Below the pieces are notes generated by a model. It searched no databases and was not told the origin of the DNA. It was given only the letters and a program-made list of their open reading frames with translations. 64,000 bases of DNA from a virus (lineage: Duplodnaviria; Caudoviricetes). Position 1 is the stretch's first letter. Each line of letters opens with the position of its first letter. Both the position numbers and the translations under genes were made by a program. The stretch covers positions 1 to 64,000 of the IMG/VR virus record IMGVR_UViG_3300014205_000187. One strand, 5' to 3'. Below are positions 58,177 to 64,000 of this stretch, piece by piece.

Positions 58177-61100
58177 ATGGCGAGACTCCTTGCAAAACCG
58201 AAGTCCCGGCTTTTGGTCACTCAAGTGGCTAAGAGAAAGGATGTAAGTCCTGATACGGGAGAAAAGAAATACGGTGATGTCAAGTTCGCTGACCCGACGA
58301 ACAGTAAGTATCCGATAGACACTAAAGAACATGCAAAAGCGGCCTGGAGTTACATCAACAAGTCTAAAAACGCTGCTAAATACAGCGCGTCAGACTTGAA
58401 GGGAATCAAAAGTCGCATTAAGACCGCTTGCAAAAAGTTTGGTGTTGAAATCTCTGCGGACGAACAGGCAGTCTTCGAGCATGACCCGATGATGGAAGTG
58501 ACTCAGAGCCACTACTACATCGATGGAAGCTATGAAGACCACTGCTCCAAAATCTCGGCAGCTTTCAAGCAGTGGCGTAGGATGGAAGAGTATTGGGATT
58601 ATAGGTGGGCCAATATCCTTGGTATTACCGATACCTCGATCTACTTCTACACTACCGACTGGGATTCCACAGAGCCGGAATACTTCGAGATTGGCTACTC
58701 TGTTGAAGGTTCAAAAGTAGTCATAAACGGTGAAGTCCAACGGGTCGATGTAAAACTCATGGTTGACACTCTGGCTGTGCCTGATGACGATGATGAGTCG
58801 AGCATACAAGGGGACGACACACAAACCGGAGAGGAGCAGAAACCGATGGAAACAAAACAGGATACAGTGCCCGATGAGTCGGCCATCACTGATGCTGCGG
58901 TTGCGGCCCCTGCTCAAATTGGCAGTCCTGCGCCGAGTGGAACTGGCAAGAAAACCGATGCTGAGACCAAAGGTTCTTCCGTGGAAGACCCTGCCGCCGA
59001 TGCTAACAGCAATAAACCGGCAGATCACAGTGACGGTGAGGGGGCCAGCGAAGAGGCTGCCGATGGCAGCAGCAAAACTGCCGTGAAAGAAGCACTCGAT
59101 ACAACGGCACCGGGTTACAAGGGTGAACCGGCTGGCACCGATGGAACTCCTGAACCTTACGCTGGTCAGTCTGACAAGCGAGAAGCTCAACAGGGTGTTC
59201 CTTACGATCAGGCCGGACAGTCGATGTGCTACATCCAGAAAGTCGAAAAGACTACTGGAGCTGATGGCAAAACCCTCATGAAAATGCAGGGTATCGCCAC
59301 CAGAGGCGACATCGTAAACAAGGTAGGCCAGGTCTACCCGTTGAGCGTTTGGGAGAAGAATCTCCCTGAGATGAACAAGCAGGCTGCGAACGGCAAGTTC
59401 ATCGGAAAGCTCGAACACCCAGAAATGGAACAAGGCTTGGTAGATACCGCTATCAAGTTTGACCGATTTTACCTCCAGGGAAGTGACGTGTGGTTCGAGG
59501 CTACCGTCGTTCCCACGGAACCTCACGGTAAAAACCTCCAAGCTCTGCTCGAAGCTGGAGTTCAGGTTGACATGTCCACTCGTGGATATGGCACGTTCGC
59601 AATGCAAGATTGGCGTGGCACCGAGCGGCCCGTCATGCAAGATGACTTCGTTTGCACAGCTATCGACGCTGTGTGGCACGGAGCATCTTCCGGCTCTGGC
59701 GTGAAGTCCACTTCTTACCAGAGCGACCCTAATCTCGAAAAAGGAGAGCAAAAACCAGTGGAAACCAAAGACACCACCACTCAATCCGATGTTCAGGTAA
59801 AGGCTGCTGCAATCAGAGCCAGTGCCGAACTCAAACAGACTAGGGCCGCTCTTCTGGGCGATGCCGGTCTGAACGAACTGGGAATGAAGGCTTACCAGAC
59901 TGCACTTGATAAGTGCGATAGTCTGGAAAACCTCATCGTTACCAGTGAGACGCTGCTTCCGCACCTTCAGGCTACATTCCCTGCGGCCACAGGTGACGCT
60001 CAGGAAGTGACCCAGAGCGCAACTTACAGTCCTACATTCTTCAAAAAGCAGAATCAGGAAGAGGCTGCTCCGCAGAACGTGGGCGAATTGCTTGACCGTA
60101 TGGTAGCCGATCTGCCGGACCATTACGAAGGTCAAGCCGTCAATCCCAATTTGCCGAGCCACTTCAGCTCCCCTCGGGCAGCGTGTAAGAGGCTCATGGT
60201 CAATATCGCACGGGAACAGCAAGGTTCATTCTCCGGTCGCAACGCCGCTCTCGGCCTCTTGGCTCTTGAGCAGGGCAAGATTGACCGGGCGCAGGATATT
60301 CTCTTGCAAAGCCTCGCAACCGGCGCAACCATCGCTGATGGAAACGCTGATGGTGGTGGTGCTCCTTTGAGCAACTACCTCATCTTCCCGTTGGTCAGAC
60401 GTGTATTCCCCATGTATATCATGGGTATGATCGCTAGCATCCAGCCGCTCGACAGGCCGGAAGGTAAGATTTTCTTCCTCGATCAGTACCGTGTAGACGG
60501 TTCTGCTAACGAGACAAGAATCGACCTGAACACTTCGAGCAATCCGTTCAATTCTTCGTTTGCTGACAACGCCACTGAAGGTTCGGCGGCTATGCAGATG
60601 AGACTCCGCTTGACGAGTGCCCTGGTTCAGGCGCATACCAAGAAATTGGGCGCGTCCTGGTCACTCGAAGAAATGCAGGATTTGAGAGCCTACCACGGTC
60701 TCGATGCTGCACAGGAGCTTCTCGGAGGCGTCGCTCGTGAGATGGCTTTGGAGTGGAACAAGGAAGTCCTGGACGACATGCTGGCTCAGGCTACAGCGTC
60801 CGCTTTGACCTTCGGAACTACCATTCCGGCTACTGGGTTTACTCAGCAGAAGGATTGGGACGAGTATCTGTGGGTCTACCTCAACAAGCTCGATTCGGCC
60901 ATTTTCTCAAAGAGAAATGGGGCTATGACTCACATCATAGCTGGCGTCGATGCTGCTCTCGCAATGAGCAAGTCCATGCGCGGCGTCTTTACGTTCAACG
61001 CCAACGATGATGGCGTTGATGGAGAGATTTATCCGGGAACCACGTTCTACGGAACAGTCTCTATCCCTGGTGCTGGTAAGTATAAAGTTCTGAGAACGAA

Positions 61101-61341
61101 CTTCTGGTCTACCGGCACGACAAACGGCTCGAAGATTCTTGGTCTCCGCAAGGGTGCCGAGTGGTCTGATACGCCGTACATCTGGGCACCATACACCGAC
61201 TATGTGACTCCGATGCTTACTGACCCGGCTGACTTCAGCCAGAAGCAGGGCATCATCAGCAGAGCCGCAAAGAAGGTCGTGGTCGCAGACGCGATGGGGA
61301 CCATCACCGTCAACAGCGGCGTGGGCGAGCTTGTCAGCTAA
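58177..61341 (+). CDS. head polyprotein: DUF6582-like + prohead protease (gp21-like) + scaffold + major capsid protein (gp23-like)
   Basis: KYPIDTKEHAKAAWSYIN; GKLEHP, STRGYG; FPLVRRVFP, IQPLDRPEGKIFFL, WSLEEMQDLRAYHGLDA, YIWAPY. Confidence 0.9.
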   Translation: MARLLAKPKSRLLVTQVAKRKDVSPDTGEKKYGDVKFADPTNSKYPIDTKEHAKAAWSYINKSKNAAKYSASDLKGIKSRIKTACKKFGVEISADEQAVFEHDPMMEVTQSHYYIDGSYEDHCSKISAAFKQWRRMEEYWDYRWANILGITDTSIYFYTTDWDSTEPEYFEIGYSVEGSKVVINGEVQRVDVKLMVDTLAVPDDDDESSIQGDDTQTGEEQKPMETKQDTVPDESAITDAAVAAPAQIGSPAPSGTGKKTDAETKGSSVEDPAADANSNKPADHSDGEGASEEAADGSSKTAVKEALDTTAPGYKGEPAGTDGTPEPYAGQSDKREAQQGVPYDQAGQSMCYIQKVEKTTGADGKTLMKMQGIATRGDIVNKVGQVYPLSVWEKNLPEMNKQAANGKFIGKLEHPEMEQGLVDTAIKFDRFYLQGSDVWFEATVVPTEPHGKNLQALLEAGVQVDMSTRGYGTFAMQDWRGTERPVMQDDFVCTAIDAVWHGASSGSGVKSTSYQSDPNLEKGEQKPVETKDTTTQSDVQVKAAAIRASAELKQTRAALLGDAGLNELGMKAYQTALDKCDSLENLIVTSETLLPHLQATFPAATGDAQEVTQSATYSPTFFKKQNQEEAAPQNVGELLDRMVADLPDHYEGQAVNPNLPSHFSSPRAACKRLMVNIAREQQGSFSGRNAALGLLALEQGKIDRAQDILLQSLATGATIADGNADGGGAPLSNYLIFPLVRRVFPMYIMGMIASIQPLDRPEGKIFFLDQYRVDGSANETRIDLNTSSNPFNSSFADNATEGSAAMQMRLRLTSALVQAHTKKLGASWSLEEMQDLRAYHGLDAAQELLGGVAREMALEWNKEVLDDMLAQATASALTFGTTIPATGFTQQKDWDEYLWVYLNKLDSAIFSKRNGAMTHIIAGVDAALAMSKSMRGVFTFNANDDGVDGEIYPGTTFYGTVSIPGAGKYKVLRTNFWSTGTTNGSKILGLRKGAEWSDTPYIWAPYTDYVTPMLTDPADFSQKQGIISRAAKKVVVADAMGTITVNSGVGELVS

Positions 61342-61370
61342 TCCTCGCGGGTCATATCGCTAAAGAAAAA

Positions 61371-61402
61371 GGCTCCCTGGAAACAGGGGGTCTTTTCTTT
61401 TT
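61371..61402 (+). terminator. intrinsic terminator after capsid gene
   Basis: GGCTCCCTG-GAAA-CAGGGGGTC then T-tract. Confidence 0.85.
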
Positions 61403-61424
61403 CATTTATGCTATAATGAGAGCT

Positions 61425-61628
61425 ATGAACAGGTATGTATTCAATTCGGGCAACGCTCCTATCCAGTTTGCTGGTCGCTCAATTCCTGCCAGAAATTATT
61501 CAACCTTAACTGCTGAAGAAGAGCAAAGATTTCGAGCAGGTTTAGTTGAAGTAGCCATCGAAGGTGACGAGCAATTCCCGGACCTGTGGGTACGGAATAC
61601 CCCAGAAAGAATACCCAATCCATTATAA
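61425..61628 (+). CDS. hypothetical protein
   Basis: TGCTATAAT 7 nt upstream of ATG. Confidence 0.6.
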   Translation: MNRYVFNSGNAPIQFAGRSIPARNYSTLTAEEEQRFRAGLVEVAIEGDEQFPDLWVRNTPERIPNPL

Positions 61629-61641
61629 GGAGTTTACGAAC

Positions 61642-62007
61642 ATGGCAACTGTAGGTACTAATTTCCAAGACGCAATTAGAGACATAACCAAGTGGATAGC
61701 TGCGGCTACTTCCAAGGTTATCGAACTCACAAAAGCGGGTTCAACAGATGAGGCAGCTTTGCTGTTGGCAGACATCAACGAAGTCGAAACGACTTACTTG
61801 AACGTCATCAACAGTTTCCTGCCTACCAAACCCATTGAGCCTGTGCCTTCCCTTTGGAACCTTGGGAAGTTTGTCACTTGGCTGGCAAGGAACATTTCCT
61901 GGCTGAATGTCCTGGTGGTGTTGACATCAGATGTCAATCCATTCGATGAAGCCAAGGCTCTGGCTCGGGCTGTTGCAACAAAATGGGGCTTTGCTGTCCC
62001 GAAATAA
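61642..62007 (+). CDS. hypothetical helical protein
   Basis: AAGGAG SD before ATG 61642. Confidence 0.7.
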   Translation: MATVGTNFQDAIRDITKWIAAATSKVIELTKAGSTDEAALLLADINEVETTYLNVINSFLPTKPIEPVPSLWNLGKFVTWLARNISWLNVLVVLTSDVNPFDEAKALARAVATKWGFAVPK

Positions 62008-62050
62008 TCTTATCTGGGGTATTCCACTATCAAAATATAAGGAGGTCACT

Positions 62051-62959
62051 ATGCGTTATTGGATGCTCGTAATACTCTTGTGTTTTGCTATGCCTGCAAT
62101 AGGAACACTTGATAAATTGCCTAAGTCGCATGATGCTCATGTAGCTGTAATCACCAAAGAAAAAAGTCGTGTGCCTGAAGAGCCTGATTGGTCTACCAGA
62201 TCGGGCACAATCAAATACGCTCTTACTCAAAAAGACAATACCAGGCTGACCCTGGACGCTGTGACAGTTTCAAGTATCTACAAAGAGCCTCAAAGCTATT
62301 TTGTGATTCGAGACTGGTATATAAATAGTCCTCCTATAATTGTTAATCTGACTGCGCCTGTCAAACTTTTACCTGGACAAACCATCGACATTACAGGCAC
62401 CCTTAAAACACTGTCTGATGGACGAAAGATACTTGAGTACCCAACTATCTTAGGTTATACAGATCGAAAAGGTGTTCTATTAACTCATGGTGGGCCTTTA
62501 ACAAAAGGCACATGGGCTATGACTCCTTGGCCGTATAAACAGCAATTAGCTTCTGTAAGCGTTCCAAAAATACCAGTAAGTAGTGGAGTGGCCGCTTACA
62601 GAGCCCCAGAAACCCTAAAAACAGCCACCATGCCTATCGAAGATATAAAAACGTATGATACTGTGGCAGAATTACTTAAAGCTGCACCACCTGAAGGTCA
62701 ATGGATTCGATTAAGAAATAGAGGAGTATACACTTCAGCCTCCGATGATTTAGGTCATTATGTAGTCGCTACCGATGAAAAAGAAGATGACAAAATGATC
62801 TTGATCTACACCACTACAAAACCTAAATCCAAAATGTCAAAACTGGCCCGTGTCATAGGAAAGATTCATCTCATAAAGGATATACGAGTAATCGTTACAG
62901 ACACCGGACCGAGTTTTGATGCTCAATTAGGAACCGGCTCAGTATGGGTCATAGACTAA
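62051..62959 (+). CDS. secreted protein with two OB-fold-like repeats
   Basis: AAGGAGGT SD, signal peptide MRYWMLVILLCFAMPA, PGQTIDITGTL. Confidence 0.7.
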   Translation: MRYWMLVILLCFAMPAIGTLDKLPKSHDAHVAVITKEKSRVPEEPDWSTRSGTIKYALTQKDNTRLTLDAVTVSSIYKEPQSYFVIRDWYINSPPIIVNLTAPVKLLPGQTIDITGTLKTLSDGRKILEYPTILGYTDRKGVLLTHGGPLTKGTWAMTPWPYKQQLASVSVPKIPVSSGVAAYRAPETLKTATMPIEDIKTYDTVAELLKAAPPEGQWIRLRNRGVYTSASDDLGHYVVATDEKEDDKMILIYTTTKPKSKMSKLARVIGKIHLIKDIRVIVTDTGPSFDAQLGTGSVWVID

Positions 62960-62969
62960 GGAGGCTTTC

Positions 62970-64000
62970 ATGCGAAGATTAACATATCTACTACTCCCTT
63001 TACTTATTCTGTGTAGTCTGGCTTCTTATGCACAGTTTGAGTCTCCTCCTGGTGGAGGTGGAGACCCGTTTCCAAATACTCCTCCTGAAACACATTCAAT
63101 AAATTGGGCGAAGACAATAGCCGATGGCACAGCTTTACCCGATACTGTTTCAGATAAAGTTGTCACGCGCACATATCCAGGTTGGAGTTATTTTTATATA
63201 TCTGAACCTGGCAGAAGTAGTGGTATTCGCGTTGAATCCCCCGCATGTCCTGACCCTGGAGACACGATAACTATTGTCTCGGGCACAATGGCTTCTGCTG
63301 GGGATGAACGCTATATTGCTTCAGCTTCTTATACCATCACTTCTCATAATACGTTTCTCAAACCTCTTGGGATGACCAATAAAACATTCGGAGGGGGAGA
63401 CTTTTTATACGACCCAGGCCCTCCTATAACTGGTCAAAAAGGTTTCTGGGATGGCTCTGGTCTAAATAACACAGGCAACCTTGTCAGAGTATACGGCAGA
63501 GTCACCGAGATAGATGCCCGTCCAATTCCTCTTTACTGCTTCATTGATGATGGCTCCGGCGTAGACATGGCTATAGACCTGGAAGTATCTCCAGGGCAAG
63601 CTATTCCTTTCACTTATCAAGTTGGAGATTATATCGCTGGAATAAATGGTATAAGCTCTATCATCACTGTAGATGATTGGATGGTTAGAACCTTAAAACC
63701 TTCAGCTCCTACTGTGGTTTTAGCCAAAAATGTAGGACAAGCAGACCCCGCACATAAAAAACCAATTAAGTTTACAGCCAATTTCAGTGAACCTGTTACA
63801 GGTTTCACTAATACCGATGTACATTTATCTGGAACAGCGCAACCAACATCATGCACTGTAACAGACAATGGAGATCACAAAACTTACATAATCGAAGTAT
63901 CTATTGCCAAACAAAATGGCACAGTAGTTATTCAGGTTCTTTATGGAGCTGCCACAGGAGTAGACAATAATCTAAGTTTGGCTGCTCCAATGAACAGTTC
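62970..64000 (+). CDS. secreted protein with tandem OB-like module and Ig-like domain, partial (absent from ORF track)
   Basis: AAGGAGG SD; MRRLTYLLLPLLILCSLASYA signal; KPLGMTNKTFGGGDF...GLNNTGNLVRVYGRVT...FIDDGSG; FSEPVTGF; open to window end. Confidence 0.85.
   Translation, partial: MRRLTYLLLPLLILCSLASYAQFESPPGGGGDPFPNTPPETHSINWAKTIADGTALPDTVSDKVVTRTYPGWSYFYISEPGRSSGIRVESPACPDPGDTITIVSGTMASAGDERYIASASYTITSHNTFLKPLGMTNKTFGGGDFLYDPGPPITGQKGFWDGSGLNNTGNLVRVYGRVTEIDARPIPLYCFIDDGSGVDMAIDLEVSPGQAIPFTYQVGDYIAGINGISSIITVDDWMVRTLKPSAPTVVLAKNVGQADPAHKKPIKFTANFSEPVTGFTNTDVHLSGTAQPTSCTVTDNGDHKTYIIEVSIAKQNGTVVIQVLYGAATGVDNNLSLAAPMNS

Noticed and set aside
58711-60222. 503-aa antisense ORF and other shadow ORFs
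   Set aside because: They mirror strongly supported genes on the other strand and show no motifs
12012-61638. Exact 16-bp repeat TTATAAGGAGTTTACG at 12012 and 61623 as att sites
   Set aside because: It contains an SD-like core, phage genes continue on both sides, and no integrase is in the window
1756-64000. Stop-codon recoding
   Set aside because: Conserved genes are full length in the standard code, and TAA, TAG and TGA all end genes
1-64000. Diversity-generating retroelement, retron or prophage boundary
   Set aside because: No reverse transcriptase, TR/VR pair, integrase or host genes recognised

Overview
This window is a 64-kb segment of a large dsDNA tailed phage. Genes are densely packed and mostly on the + strand, in the standard genetic code, with no host housekeeping genes and no integrase. 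In order it holds: (1) a divergent, repeat-rich control or origin-like region (~280-1750); (2) small accessory genes, several of them truncated or chimeric; (3) a ~11-kb glycosylation/sugar-nucleotide cluster plus a heptose kinase and a GT9; (4) a non-coding RNA operon made of a boxB/boxA-like leader, a tmRNA with a 30-codon tag, and two unassigned four-way-junction structures; (5) nucleotide metabolism genes (dUTPase, HD hydrolase, ThyX, class II RNR, dNMP kinase); (6) replication genes (primase-helicase, intein-containing SNF2 helicase, DinG, UDG-fused PolA); (7) a T4-like head module (TerL, gp20-type portal, and one 1054-aa ORF fusing DUF6582, prohead protease, scaffold and gp23-type capsid, with nested internal starts); (8) secreted proteins with a tandem OB-fold-like module that I recall from Armatimonadota, a tentative host hint. 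A recurring AAAACAGGTA-like box sits at fixed spacing upstream of many promoters, and several genes look leaderless. All assignments come from reading motifs by eye; no database searches were run.
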